Below, one piece after another: positions 50,501-60,083 of a stretch of DNA of 64,000 nt (the first letter of the stretch is position 1; each line of letters opens with the position of its first letter). Under the pieces are notes generated by a model. It did no database searches and had not been told where the DNA came from. It saw nothing but the letters and a program-made list of their open reading frames with translations. The DNA lies in the NCBI GenBank assembly GCA_016208615.1, contig JACQXS010000121.1, positions 9,160-73,159 on the forward strand, written 5' to 3'. The position numbers and the translations under genes were made by a program. Source of the DNA: Candidatus Stahliibacteriota bacterium (lineage in GTDB: Bacteria > Hydrothermota > UBA3073 > JACQXS01).

Positions 50501-53109
50501 TCCTTATCTTCTGTATCTAATCCATTAGTGGAACCTTTAATAGTTCCATTCGCATCCCTCCGAATAGCATCTTCCGGAATATCTGTGCCTATATCAATAT
50601 GTAATTTAGCATTATCATCTCCTTTAACCCACACCTCTAAATACTCATCTTGCGAAAAGTCTTGTCCCCCTGTGAAAAGGCAAGTCTGCAACGAAGACCA
50701 ATAAACTGAGCCACTATCCGGAAATCTCCAATTATTTTGTGCCGGGAAAGCAAGTTTTAGGACTGACTTTTTATCAGTCTTTTTGTAATCTGGCAAATAA
50801 GGATATAGGTCACCCGCCGGTATACCGTCGCGTGGATTATACCATAATGGATGAGCAAATTTTCCCATCTCTTGCCCACCAGGAATACTGCCAAAACTCC
50901 ATTCAGCTCTTGATATTCCGAGCGAACTAACTGACCTTACTCCTTCCATATCATCCAGATATACTTCGCCCCGTGTATTAGGATTAGGCAACGAGAATCC
51001 TACATTTCCTTGAACTGTAAAACTTGATGGCGTTTCTGTCTCTATAAAAGGCAGTTTATCAATCGCTTTTGTTATCCACTCCGGGCGAGTACTTATATTT
51101 GCAACTGCCTCACCTAATATTATTCTACCCGGTTCACTACCAAAAGTAGGCCTAAAATCCATACTGGAAGTAGAATAATAAAGTAAGGCAGATGATAGTT
51201 CGCCGAGTTCGCCTATTTTAGTCTGCATCCTTGTACCGAGTAAATTTTTAGCTGTCGGCATAAACATAGGCACATATTGGAAATCAACTGTGATTTCGGC
51301 ATTTTGGTCAGCAGCAGATGGGGTTTTGAATTTTATCCACCCTGTTTCATAGTCTATTTCGTAATCTACTCCTTTTTGCATTTTCTGACCATTGATTTTT
51401 ACTTCCTCTGACCCCTCAATGACATTCATTATATCAAGGGCATATTCGGTTGTCACTCCTTTATATTGAACCCAGATATAGTATTTAGGAATGTAATTGT
51501 TAAAATTAGGCAGATGATAGATTTTGTCAGATTCCATACCCAATGAATCTACAGGTGTGCTGCCTAAAGTATCCAAAACAAAAGGATAAGGTGAAGGGAA
51601 AATAATTATCCCGCGTGTAGAATCAAATACAGCCGCTTTTATTCTTCCGGAGGCATCCTCAAGCCCCATAAACTTACGATAAGTGATGTTAGTATTTTCC
51701 AATACCTCATAATCTTCACCGCTGCCAGTGTTTTTCTTAAATACTTTCAAATTTAACCCCGATACCCCTGACCCACCCACTGAGTAGATGTTTTTTAATT
51801 CATACCACCAAGAAATATATGAAGTATCAGCAGCCCCATTCATCCTTTCTCTTTTAAGTATTTGAAGGTCTCGCAAAGTATCAGCTCCCAGAGTATCCAA
51901 CCTGCCTATAGTAATTGTACTATCATTCCAATCTTTATAAATCCATTCAATGGCTAACAAATCACTTTTAGAGAGTGAACTATTTAGCTCAAGAATAGGA
52001 AAACTTTTCACAGCATCAATTCCTAATGTGTTAAGTAAATAAAAGTTATCTGTGCCCGGATGTTTTTCTATAAATCTTCCTGTTGTTGTGTCAATTAACC
52101 CCGGATTAGTAGAATCCCAATTGGGTATATCAAATGCTTTACCAACTACTCCTTCTCCCTGTGTATTTGTCTCGTCTTTATCTAAATATACAGTTAACGA
52201 ACAAACTTGCTTCGGTAATAAATCTGGATTGCCTGAATAAATATTATGTGGGTCTTGTAATGATTGCACATATTTAGGAGGCACAAGCAATAAAAAGCGT
52301 GCTTGTACAAAACTTATGTCATCAATTTTAGCTTCCCGCTCCGTTACGCCGCCTCCTTTCCATACCTTGTGCTGTGTTTCTGCTTCCTCCCTTGAAGCGA
52401 TAGCTGTTATGTTAATAGGTCCTATTTTTGATTCGCTCTTTATTCCAAATAGTCCTTTATGAGAGGTCGCACCCCCTATCAAGACAACACCGGGCAACGA
52501 AAGGTCAGTATTACCTGCTTTTATAGATTGTACTATTTCGTCCTCATTCCCTATATATTCAAGTCTGATAGTATTTTTGAGGTCAAATTCTCGTTCTGAA
52601 TTGTGGTCAATAAAGACATGGATTTTCTCGCCTATAGTGCCTTTAAGATTAACCCCCAACCTTTGTTGCATCTCAAGCGTAGGGAACCAACTTTCTTGCG
52701 AATATTCGCTTTGTTGTTGCAGGAAGTTTTGTGTCCTACTGCCGCCAAATTCTATTCTCTGACTACCGGAGACATCTATTTGACCGCCCTGTCCTATAAT
52801 ACTGGCAACGGGTTTGGGAAAATTAACAGGTATATCTATTACAGGAATTATACCTCCTGTACTACTACTGGCACTACCGGTTGATTTGATTAGTTTAGCA
52901 CCTTGCGAGCTGGCTATAGCTAATTGGGATAGATAATCTTGGAAAGTAGAGAAGTATTTGACTTCAAGACGGACAATTACTCCATCTTTTAACTGATAAT
53001 AACTAATAAACCCTTTATTCCAAGATATTTCTATTTCACGCGTGAGAGAAGGCAAGAGATTGAAATTAAAGTCCGGAATAGAAAGCAAAATAAATAAAAT
53101 GATACTCAT
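47548..53109 (-). CDS. very large (1853 aa) secreted protein with C-terminal beta-barrel; candidate SprA/Sov-like T9SS translocon
   Basis: Signal-peptide-like N-terminus; last about 400 aa show alternating hydrophobic/aromatic pattern ending ...RFFAEFSF; the SprA assignment is inference from size and the T9SS CTD cargo in this window. Confidence 0.35.
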   Translation of the reverse strand: MSIILFILLSIPDFNFNLLPSLTREIEISWNKGFISYYQLKDGVIVRLEVKYFSTFQDYLSQLAIASSQGAKLIKSTGSASSSTGGIIPVIDIPVNFPKPVASIIGQGGQIDVSGSQRIEFGGSRTQNFLQQQSEYSQESWFPTLEMQQRLGVNLKGTIGEKIHVFIDHNSEREFDLKNTIRLEYIGNEDEIVQSIKAGNTDLSLPGVVLIGGATSHKGLFGIKSESKIGPINITAIASREEAETQHKVWKGGGVTEREAKIDDISFVQARFLLLVPPKYVQSLQDPHNIYSGNPDLLPKQVCSLTVYLDKDETNTQGEGVVGKAFDIPNWDSTNPGLIDTTTGRFIEKHPGTDNFYLLNTLGIDAVKSFPILELNSSLSKSDLLAIEWIYKDWNDSTITIGRLDTLGADTLRDLQILKRERMNGAADTSYISWWYELKNIYSVGGSGVSGLNLKVFKKNTGSGEDYEVLENTNITYRKFMGLEDASGRIKAAVFDSTRGIIIFPSPYPFVLDTLGSTPVDSLGMESDKIYHLPNFNNYIPKYYIWVQYKGVTTEYALDIMNVIEGSEEVKINGQKMQKGVDYEIDYETGWIKFKTPSAADQNAEITVDFQYVPMFMPTAKNLLGTRMQTKIGELGELSSALLYYSTSSMDFRPTFGSEPGRIILGEAVANISTRPEWITKAIDKLPFIETETPSSFTVQGNVGFSLPNPNTRGEVYLDDMEGVRSVSSLGISRAEWSFGSIPGGQEMGKFAHPLWYNPRDGIPAGDLYPYLPDYKKTDKKSVLKLAFPAQNNWRFPDSGSVYWSSLQTCLFTGGQDFSQDEYLEVWVKGDDNAKLHIDIGTDIPEDAIRRDANGTIKGSTNGLDTEDKDGNNILDIGEDNGIDGIDGTDGTLVTGDDGNDDYYYNASNPNDYSKINGTEGNSQLDGEDLDRNQLLNQTSNYFAFTVDMENDTPTIEHSNGWKFFRIPLIKGDSNKVGLPQWECIKYARIWVDSISKGDSIEIAAMDIVGTKSWRHEGSEQVKIRVKNNEEDLDYFTPPSVVIKTDQLGRKEKEQSLVLTYTELDTVDSLNEGGCYTLYTRARNFIQYQTLKFWVREKGEAKVFIRVGGDNSNYYEYRTDFQDEAWHEIEINLEDLAQLKLKKSTTDTAIFVYGNYRIRGNPSFTNIGRVKLGVINEGTEKISGEIWIDELRLTDPRRESGVAANVSISTKMADFADISLSYRTSDPYFQNLSTFTTMREAYATNSNRSLNLHSGIQVSKLFPSQWGIAIPLDLGITRTTSLPKYQTGSDIILTEEQTKHQTSNSLTRTAGISLAKSGSKNRLLRLTLDNLSTRVSYRDAFSNAFTTIDTAQSYSGSMGYGYAPKLPAIKIRGMEIRYYPQRIDANTSYSYSRARGYRLTEVKDTVNNTVDSVYTLTNPAPPERNIAKGGGFSYIPINPLSLTYSMSMTNDLNLEADTSRYDTTTNKHDTETGRGERVGVSFSPSVFGFLSPKVNYATTCQETHTAELGLLRNVSNTNSLAFDIPVNLNKSLGIITRLRDENKDSTAKKGTPQWILMQTEKLSRKLHIPSLSYSIAKASQFYSLSDPPDYKYRWGIADEPENWIEDGRNGAQISWNYGISRVGFSAGLLTLTGGWSKTIGEAERMNSITQSVSTKYPQMDLSISGLERFITLNKWFNSITTSVDYTTNWNKSGQKAQPFTSISQTQNYGLGVQSQWKRGISLNLSSIFNTGRNETVGAGTGIIESKRADYSLQGGYTFRAPKGIKIPLLSRVKWTSDLNFALTTSYSTDWSKNVKSNTTTKDTRSISILPQLSYNFSTAITGGANMSYTQNWYQTGTGNTRSVGVRFFAEFSF

Positions 53110-53303
53110 ATTAAGAAGCTATAAGCAGTAAGGATTAAGAATTAAGCAACTACTAAAAATTTACTTCCTGCTTATTCCTTATTGAAAATCCCGACCCGGC
53201 AGGGCTACTTATACCTTATATCTATTTTGGATATTGTCAAGCCAAAAGTTTTGTTTTCTGACTTGACACTTTCTCTTTTTGCTATATTAAAACGATTAGT
53301 CTT

Positions 53304-54410
53304 ATGGAACATTATCAAACTATTGTCATTGGTGGCGGTGCAGCAGGTTTAATGTCCGCTATTACATACGCACGGAACAAAAAATCATCCCAAGGGCTTC
53401 TGGTTATTGAAAAAAACATAACCCTTGGGCGTAAAATTACGGTTACTGGAAATGGAAGATGTAATTTAACAAATCTTAATACTGCACCTGATAAATATTA
53501 TGGGCAAAATACTAAATGCTTGTATAACATATTTAATCGCTTCTCTTACAAGGATACGATTATTTTTTTTGAAGGTCTGGGGGTACGATTAAAAACTGAA
53601 GATGGGGATCGCATATTCCCGATTACTAATCAAGCTATTACCGTTTTGGACTTACTCATAGAGGAAATTACTCGGCTTAACATTAGCACAAAAACTGGGG
53701 AGCAGGTTGTCCATCTAACACCAAAGGGAAAGGGTTGGGAAATTACAACAGATAAGGGCATTTATCAGTCAAAATCTGTTATCCTTAGCACTGGTGGTAA
53801 AAGTTATCCCCAGTTGGGTTCAAGCGGCGATGGTTTTGAATTTGCACGGCATTTGGGACACCGAATTATAGAGCCCCGCCCTGCATTAGTGCCAATGGAA
53901 TTAGTAGGCAACTGGTATCACAAGCTACAAGGCGTTAAAACGGATGCAGAAATAACTATTGTTGTTCAGGGTAAGACAATGGCCACAAAAGCAGGAGAAG
54001 TGCTTTTTACTCATTATGGGATTTCAGGGCCTGTAATAATAGACCTTAGTCGTCTAATAATGGATTATTTGCCTAAACAAAGTAGTGCAGTTTTAATTAA
54101 TTTCTTTCCCGGGTATACTACTGAAAGCTTGAAGCAACTTTTGACTATGCGTTGGCAGGCACAGCCACAAAAAACATTTTTAAACTCTTTATTTGGACTA
54201 TTGCCTAAAAAATTATGCATCGTGCTGGCACGAGAATTAGAAATAGAAGAAACTATTTGTGTAGGTCAAATATCTAAAAAGGAATTGCATCGTATTGCTG
54301 ACCGACTTACTCACTGGACAATAGAAGTCAAAAAAACCCGTCCTTTTAGTGAATCAATGGTAACCGCAGGTGGAGTGGCAATGGATGAAGTTAATAGCAG
54401 AACAGAATAA
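53304..54410 (+). CDS. HI0933-family (BaiN-like) flavoprotein, apparently C-terminally truncated
   Basis: IVIGGGAAGLM FAD motif, NGRCNLTN; ends ...VTAGGVAMDEVNSRTE, about 30-40 aa short of the family's usual C-terminus. Confidence 0.65.
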   Translation: MEHYQTIVIGGGAAGLMSAITYARNKKSSQGLLVIEKNITLGRKITVTGNGRCNLTNLNTAPDKYYGQNTKCLYNIFNRFSYKDTIIFFEGLGVRLKTEDGDRIFPITNQAITVLDLLIEEITRLNISTKTGEQVVHLTPKGKGWEITTDKGIYQSKSVILSTGGKSYPQLGSSGDGFEFARHLGHRIIEPRPALVPMELVGNWYHKLQGVKTDAEITIVVQGKTMATKAGEVLFTHYGISGPVIIDLSRLIMDYLPKQSSAVLINFFPGYTTESLKQLLTMRWQAQPQKTFLNSLFGLLPKKLCIVLARELEIEETICVGQISKKELHRIADRLTHWTIEVKKTRPFSESMVTAGGVAMDEVNSRTE

Positions 54411-54425
54411 CTAAACTATTACAAA

Positions 54426-55013
54426 ATGGAAAATTCTATTTATTGTCCATATTGTTATAAATATACTTATCTGACTAATAGGGGGGGATGGTCGAATGGA
54501 CAAACTCAGTATTGGATGGGTGAATGCAACTCATGTCATAGAGTTGTCTTGGGAGTTGAGGAACCGGAAGAACATACAATGTATCCTCTTCCCTTACCTA
54601 AACCTGTGGACGAGAGAATTCCTGAACCCATAAGAAAAGACTTTGAAGAAGCTCTAAAATGTTTTAGCATTGAAGCTTATAGAGCGGCAGGAGTTATGGC
54701 AAGACGAGCAATGCAAAGTTGCTGTCTGGATAAAGGGGCAAGTGAAGACAAAAAGTTAAACAACCAGATAGAATGGCTTTTCACGGAAAGAATAATTACA
54801 AAAGAGTTAAAAGATTGGGCTAATGAAGTTCGCTTAACAGGTAATGATGCTGCTCATCCCAAAAAGCCAGCAGAAGATAAATCTGTTACAAGAGAAGATA
54901 CTAAAGAGATTTTAGACTTGTTGGAGCAATTTACCAATGTTCTATATGTAGCACCCGCAATAGCCGAAGAAAGAAGGAAATCAAGAACACAGGATAAGTC
55001 TCAAAAAGTATAA
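54426..55013 (+). CDS. DUF4145 (HEPN-like) domain protein with N-terminal zinc ribbon
   Basis: CPYC...CNSCH ribbon; C-terminal region resembles DUF4145, a domain common in Abi/RM contexts (recalled). Confidence 0.4.
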   Translation: MENSIYCPYCYKYTYLTNRGGWSNGQTQYWMGECNSCHRVVLGVEEPEEHTMYPLPLPKPVDERIPEPIRKDFEEALKCFSIEAYRAAGVMARRAMQSCCLDKGASEDKKLNNQIEWLFTERIITKELKDWANEVRLTGNDAAHPKKPAEDKSVTREDTKEILDLLEQFTNVLYVAPAIAEERRKSRTQDKSQKV

Positions 55014-55146
55014 TAAAAGAATGGACTATTAATTATTTTGTTGGCTTGTTATCATCCCCGGATATAAGAGGCAAGTAGCGTTGAGATTTCCTGGCCCCGT
55101 GGGGACACAATACTCATTTTTGCATACTTATCTCGCTACTGCTTTT

Positions 55147-55374
55147 TTACATTAAACCCTTAAACTCCCTAATTGAAATCTCTAAGTCCTTTAGGATGCT
55201 TTTAAGAATTTTAGGGTGTAATATTTTCCCTTTATGTTCTGGAATAGTAATCCTTATTCCTTTTTCATTCTTATAAATTTTATGACTGCCGGATTGTCGT
55301 GAGAGTCCAAACCCTTTCTTTTCAACTACTCTTATGACTTGAGTTGCTGTAACTCTGGGATTTTTTTCTTTCAT
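55147..55374 (-). CDS. hicA: HicA-like toxin (YcfA family)
   Basis: 75 aa; ...GFGLSRQSGSHKIYKN... GSH motif; overlaps hicB by 4 bp. Confidence 0.6.
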   Translation of the reverse strand: MKEKNPRVTATQVIRVVEKKGFGLSRQSGSHKIYKNEKGIRITIPEHKGKILHPKILKSILKDLEISIREFKGLM

Positions 55375-55607
55375 ACCGCAACTTCTACTGCGGTGACACT
55401 CACAGAATCCACCTTCGGAATAGATATATGTTCCGCCAATCTATCTTCTATATGAAGTTTTATAGCGTCCTCTATATTTTCCAATGCTTCTTCATATGTA
55501 TCGCCTTGAGTATAACAGCCCTGTAGATTCGGACAGTAGGCAAAATATCCGTCTTTATCTTTTTCAATAACTACAGAAAACAAACGCTTTTGCATCTTAC
55601 CTCCCAC
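55371..55607 (-). CDS. hicB: HicB-like antitoxin (UPF0150)
   Basis: ...YFAYCPNLQGCYTQGDTYEEALENIEDAI... Confidence 0.6.
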   Translation of the reverse strand: MGGKMQKRLFSVVIEKDKDGYFAYCPNLQGCYTQGDTYEEALENIEDAIKLHIEDRLAEHISIPKVDSVSVTAVEVAV

Positions 55608-55921
55608 TTTATATATATAACTTTATATGTATTTCTTAAAAAGTCAACTAAATTTTTTGTCCCCCATCTATACAAAGCTAATAGCACCGGGATTTGCCGC
55701 TTTTAGACGGCATCCCCCGCATACTGCGGGGTGATATTCTCGGCAACAATAATCTAAACAATATCAAAATTCCGATTAAAGTTTTACTTGACATTTTATA
55801 TAACAAGCATATAAAAAGACAAAGTGGAAATATCAGCATCAGAAAAGGGGACAGGACTTCAAAAATCAGTTCCCACACAAAGCACAGAAGACAGAGGACA
55901 GAAGACAGAAAAGGGGAAGAT

Positions 55922-57544
55922 GTGAAGTTTGAAACAGTGTCGGTTGAAAATCCCGCATCAAGCGGGGGTGAGCCGGTCAAATCTTTATATACACCTACGG
56001 ATTTGGAGAATTTTGATTATGAGCAGGAGCTTGGACTTCCCGGTCAATATCCATTTACTCGTGGTGTGTACCCTAATATGTATCGTGACCGCATATGGAC
56101 GATGCGACAGTTTGCGGGCTTCGGCACCCCTGAGGATACGAATAAGCGCTTTAAATATCTATTAAGTCATGGTCAGACCGGGCTTTCGGTTGCTTTTCAC
56201 TTTCCTACTTTATATGGTAAGGATTCAGACCATCCAATGTCTCAGGGTGAAGTAGGTAAGTGTGGTGTGGCAATTGACACATTACGGGATATGGAGATTC
56301 TATTTTCTGGTATTCCTTTGGACAAGATTTCAACCTCTATGACTATCAATCCGCCGGCGGCTATGTTGCTGGCTATGTATATTGTAGTGGGTGAAAAGCA
56401 GTGCGTCCCGGCTAATCTGCTTACCGGGACTATCCAAAATGATATGCTTAAAGAATATCAGGCACAAAAGACATGGATTTATCCGCCTATTCCTTCTTTG
56501 CGTATAATAGTAGATACAGTAGAGTATTGCAGTAAATATGTACCTAAATGGAATACAATATCAATTTCCGGTTATCACATAAGGGAGGCAGGAAGCACAG
56601 CATTGCAGGAGCTGGCATTTACCTTAAAAAATGGGCTTACATATATTGAGAAGTGCATAGAAAGGGGTCTCAATGTAGATACATTTGCCCCCAGGTTTAG
56701 CTTTTTTTTCAATTCGCATTTGGACTTTTTTGAAGAGATAGCCAAATATCGTGCCGCCCGCCGAATATGGGCAAGGGAGATGAAAGAGCATTACCATGCC
56801 CAAACCCCATCTTCTTGGCTGATGAGATTCCATACTCAGACCGCTGGCTGTACTCTCACGGCACAGCAGCCGGAAAATAATATTGTCAGAGTCGCTTTCC
56901 AGGCCCTATCAGCTGTATTGGGAGGGACGCAAAGTTTGCACACTAATTCAATGGACGAGACGCTTGCCCTACCTACTGAGAAGGCGGCAAAAATAGCACT
57001 AAGGACACAACAGATTATTGGATATGAGAGCGGCGTAGCCAATACTATAGACCCACTCGGTGGTAGTTATTATGTGGAGTCATTGACTAATAAAATGGAA
57101 CAAGGTGTGTATGAGTATTTTAATAAAATAGATGCCCTTGGCGGCGTAGTTAGAGGGATAGAGATTGGCTTTTTTCAAAAAGAGATAGCAGAATCTGCAT
57201 ATAAGTATCAGAGGGAATTGCAGCAGCAGGAGAAAATAATGGTCGGCGTCAATAAGTTTGTAGAAGAGGTTAAACCTCAAGATGAGCCACCGCAAATAGA
57301 GACTTTGAAAATCTCACCCGAAGTGGAAAAACACCAAATAGCAAGATTAAAACAAGTGAAAGCAGAACGAAATAATACAAAAGTAAAAGCAGGGCTAATG
57401 CGATTAAGGGAAGCGGCTCGTAGTGGAGAGAATTTGATGCCTAAAATACTTGACTGTGTGCGTGAATATGCTACTATTGGCGAGATGTGCGATACTTTGA
57501 AAGAAGAGTTCGGTGAATATAGAGAACCGCCTATATTTTGGTAG
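55922..57544 (+). CDS. methylmalonyl-CoA mutase, catalytic (N-terminal) subunit
   Basis: [44 protein letters not shown] motifs; GTG at 55922 preceded by AGGGGAAG RBS. The track ORF begins at 55694 but its first about 75 codons are repeat-derived. Confidence 0.85.
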   Translation: MKFETVSVENPASSGGEPVKSLYTPTDLENFDYEQELGLPGQYPFTRGVYPNMYRDRIWTMRQFAGFGTPEDTNKRFKYLLSHGQTGLSVAFHFPTLYGKDSDHPMSQGEVGKCGVAIDTLRDMEILFSGIPLDKISTSMTINPPAAMLLAMYIVVGEKQCVPANLLTGTIQNDMLKEYQAQKTWIYPPIPSLRIIVDTVEYCSKYVPKWNTISISGYHIREAGSTALQELAFTLKNGLTYIEKCIERGLNVDTFAPRFSFFFNSHLDFFEEIAKYRAARRIWAREMKEHYHAQTPSSWLMRFHTQTAGCTLTAQQPENNIVRVAFQALSAVLGGTQSLHTNSMDETLALPTEKAAKIALRTQQIIGYESGVANTIDPLGGSYYVESLTNKMEQGVYEYFNKIDALGGVVRGIEIGFFQKEIAESAYKYQRELQQQEKIMVGVNKFVEEVKPQDEPPQIETLKISPEVEKHQIARLKQVKAERNNTKVKAGLMRLREAARSGENLMPKILDCVREYATIGEMCDTLKEEFGEYREPPIFW

Positions 57545-58053
57545 CTAAAAGTATGTTTTATTTTGAAATAATGGAAGGGTTATATAAAAATGGAATCAGA
57601 TACTTGATAGTAGGTGGATTATCTGTCAATCTTTACGGGGTTCCGCGTGTGACACAAGATATTGACCTTATCATCTCTATAGATAAAGAAAATATTCTTA
57701 AAATAATCTCTCTCTTGAAGAATCTGGGTTATGTTCCGCGATTGCCTGTAGACTCTAATGACCTTGTTGATTCTGCTAAAGTAAGAGATTGGATTGAAAC
57801 TAAAAATCTCAAAGCATTCAGTTTTTATCATCCAAAAGCTACTTATAAAGTTGTTGATATTATACTTGTTCATCCACTGGAGTTTGAAGAAGTATTTCTG
57901 AATAAAACGGTAAAAAGGGTAAAAGATATAGAAATTTATCTCGCTTCAATAGATGATATTATAGAGATGAAAAAGTTTAGTGCCAGGCCTCAGGATTTCA
58001 GTGATATAGAGATGCTGAAAAAGGCAAAAAAATATAGAGAGAGCGAGAAATGA
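57538..58053 (+). CDS. nucleotidyltransferase-fold protein (AbiEii/DUF6036-like)
   Basis: [24 protein letters not shown] pattern (GG...G...R.T.D.D); lies inside a segment bounded by 28-bp direct repeats. Confidence 0.4.
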   Translation: MVAKSMFYFEIMEGLYKNGIRYLIVGGLSVNLYGVPRVTQDIDLIISIDKENILKIISLLKNLGYVPRLPVDSNDLVDSAKVRDWIETKNLKAFSFYHPKATYKVVDIILVHPLEFEEVFLNKTVKRVKDIEIYLASIDDIIEMKKFSARPQDFSDIEMLKKAKKYRESEK

Positions 58054-58220
58054 AAAAGGGATTTTCCTATACACTTGAAGAGGAAAAGATAATTGATTAT
58101 ATGAAATTATCTACCGAAGACAAGTTAAACTGGTTGGAAGAAATCAATGAATTCACAGAGTTAGTCCTGAATAATAAAGAAAAAGAGATGAGAGCAAAGA
58201 TAAGAGAGTGTAAAATATAG
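58050..58220 (+). CDS. small hypothetical protein (possible partner of the NTase)
   Basis: 56-aa ORF read by hand ([20 protein letters not shown]...), start overlaps the upstream stop (ATGA). Confidence 0.3.
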   Translation: MKKGFSYTLEEEKIIDYMKLSTEDKLNWLEEINEFTELVLNNKEKEMRAKIRECKI

Positions 58221-58264
58221 CAAGGAGGATATAGAGAACCACCTATATTTTGGTAGGAGGTAAA

Positions 58265-58483
58265 ATGGGAAATAAGATAAATAGTATCAATGGAGTGTTG
58301 GGGAGGATTAAGAAATTGGATATGGAGGAACAGGCATATATATTAGAGGTTCTTTTCAAAAGGTTAGTTGAACAAAGGAGTGCAAAGATAGCAAAGAGAG
58401 CTATAGAAGCAGAAGATAACTATGAGATAGGAGAAGCAAAAATAGGGACTCTTAAAGATTTATGGGAAGACTTAAATGCTTGA
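58265..58483 (+). CDS. putative antitoxin (addiction-module component-like)
   Basis: about 72 aa, AGGAGG RBS; acidic C-terminus ...IEAEDNYEIGEAKIGTLKDLWEDL; directly upstream of a RelE/ParE toxin remnant. Confidence 0.4.
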   Translation: MGNKINSINGVLGRIKKLDMEEQAYILEVLFKRLVEQRSAKIAKRAIEAEDNYEIGEAKIGTLKDLWEDLNA

Positions 58484-58747
58484 ACTTATCTGGGACGAGA
58501 AGTTTAAGAGGACATACAGGAAGTGGAGCAAGAACATCCGGAGTTAGTAGAAGTTTTTAAGGAGAAGATGGAGTTATTTGTAAAAGGGCCATTTCATCCG
58601 TTTTTAAGAACACATTCTTTGAGTGGAGTTTTGCAAGAACTATGGTCGTTAAGAATAAATTATGAGTGTAGGTTAATTTTCAAGTTTGCAGAGAAAAGGA
58701 AGAGGGTTTTACTAATAGATATAGGAACACATAATGAGGTATATTAA
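58477..58747 (+). pseudogene. RelE/ParE-family toxin disrupted by a frameshift
   Basis: Frame A MLELIWDEKFKRTYRKWSKN... stops at about 58548; frame B (58523..58747) carries the toxin core ...LSGVLQELWSLRINYECRLIFKF...VLLIDIGTHNEVY. Confidence 0.5.
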
Positions 58748-58764
58748 ATAGCAAAGGGAGAGGT

Positions 58765-59244
58765 ATGAAGAAACAGGTAAGTTGGCGTGAGAAATTGGAA
58801 AGAAAGAGTCCAAATTATGGCAAGATAGTAGATGCTTCTCATAATAAGGGTAAAAGATTAGGGCCTGGCAAATTGCTTATTCCTAATCCTTTGGATATAG
58901 ATACCTTAATACGCAAGATTCCGAAGGGCAAGCTTATTACGGTAAGTCAAATTCGTGAACACTTGGCAAAAGATACCGGCGCAAATACAAGTTGTCCATT
59001 GGTGACAGGTATATTTATCCGGATAGTGGGTGAGACAGCAGAAGAAGATTTAAGTATTGGCAAAAAAGATATAACTCCATATTGGAGGGTAATTAAGGAA
59101 GATGGGAGTTTGAATCCTAAATTTCCAGGTGGCGTAGAACATCAGGCATCTCTTTTGAAAAAAGAAGGATATAAGATAGAGCTTGGTAAGGGCAAGAAGC
59201 CCCCACGAGTGAAAGATTTTGGTAACTTGTTGTATAAATTATAA
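58765..59244 (+). CDS. MGMT-family DNA-binding protein, alkyltransferase-like (active-site Cys replaced by Trp)
   Basis: ...ITVSQIREHLAKDTG...TPYWRVIKEDGSL corresponds to the PCHRV motif with C->W as in ATL proteins. Confidence 0.5.
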   Translation: MKKQVSWREKLERKSPNYGKIVDASHNKGKRLGPGKLLIPNPLDIDTLIRKIPKGKLITVSQIREHLAKDTGANTSCPLVTGIFIRIVGETAEEDLSIGKKDITPYWRVIKEDGSLNPKFPGGVEHQASLLKKEGYKIELGKGKKPPRVKDFGNLLYKL

Positions 59245-59297
59245 ATTAGGACAGATTTTTGAGAAAAAAGGATATCTTTGTTAGAAAAGAATAAAAG

Positions 59298-60083
59298 ATG
59301 GAACTGAATAAAATATACAATGAGAATTCTTTAGCTACAATGAGACAGATGCCTGACAATTTTATTGATATGGTATTAACTTCTCCGCCTTATGACAATT
59401 TGAGAGATTACAAAGGTTACTTTTTCCAATTTGAAAGCATTGCCAAAGAATTGTTTAGAATACTAAAAATGGGTGGCGTTATTATTTGGGTTGTTGGAGA
59501 TGCAAGTGAAAATGGAAGTGAAACGGGAACATCATTCAGACAAGCATTATTTTTCAAAAAAATTGGCTTCAATCTGAATGATACTATGATTTATTATAAA
59601 AATAATCCTATGCCAACCTCCGGCCCCCGATACCATCAACATTTTGAATTTATGTTTTGTTTTAGCAAAGGACAGCCTAAAACATTCAATCCAATTATAG
59701 AGAAATGTAAATATAATGGACTTGCTAACATGAAAAATAGAGGAATAAAAGGAGAATTAAATTACAAAAAAGTTGAGCGTACTACTGAAAAGAAAATAGG
59801 TAATGTTTTCTTTTATTCTGTAGGTGGTGGTATTTCTACGAAAGATAAAGTTGCTTATAATCATCCGGCAATTTTTCCTGAGCAATTAGCATTAGACCAA
59901 ATAAAAACATGGAGCAATGAAAACGATTTAATTTATGACCCCTTTCTTGGCAGCGGCACAACCGCAAAGGTTGCTCATTTATTAAACAGAAAATGGATTG
60001 GTTCAGAAATTTCAAAAGAATATGTTGAAATAACTGAAAAACGACTTGAACCAATATTAAATAACTTATTTGTGAAAATATGA
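59298..60083 (+). CDS. DNA methyltransferase (beta-class N4-cytosine/N6-adenine, SPPY type)
   Basis: Motif IV TSPPYDN followed by motif I DPFLGSGTTAKVA. Confidence 0.8.
   Translation: MELNKIYNENSLATMRQMPDNFIDMVLTSPPYDNLRDYKGYFFQFESIAKELFRILKMGGVIIWVVGDASENGSETGTSFRQALFFKKIGFNLNDTMIYYKNNPMPTSGPRYHQHFEFMFCFSKGQPKTFNPIIEKCKYNGLANMKNRGIKGELNYKKVERTTEKKIGNVFFYSVGGGISTKDKVAYNHPAIFPEQLALDQIKTWSNENDLIYDPFLGSGTTAKVAHLLNRKWIGSEISKEYVEITEKRLEPILNNLFVKI

Noticed and set aside
55678-55980. 100-aa minus-strand ORF upstream of the mutase gene
   Set aside because: Lies across repeat tracts and the mutase 5' region; no RBS or homology.
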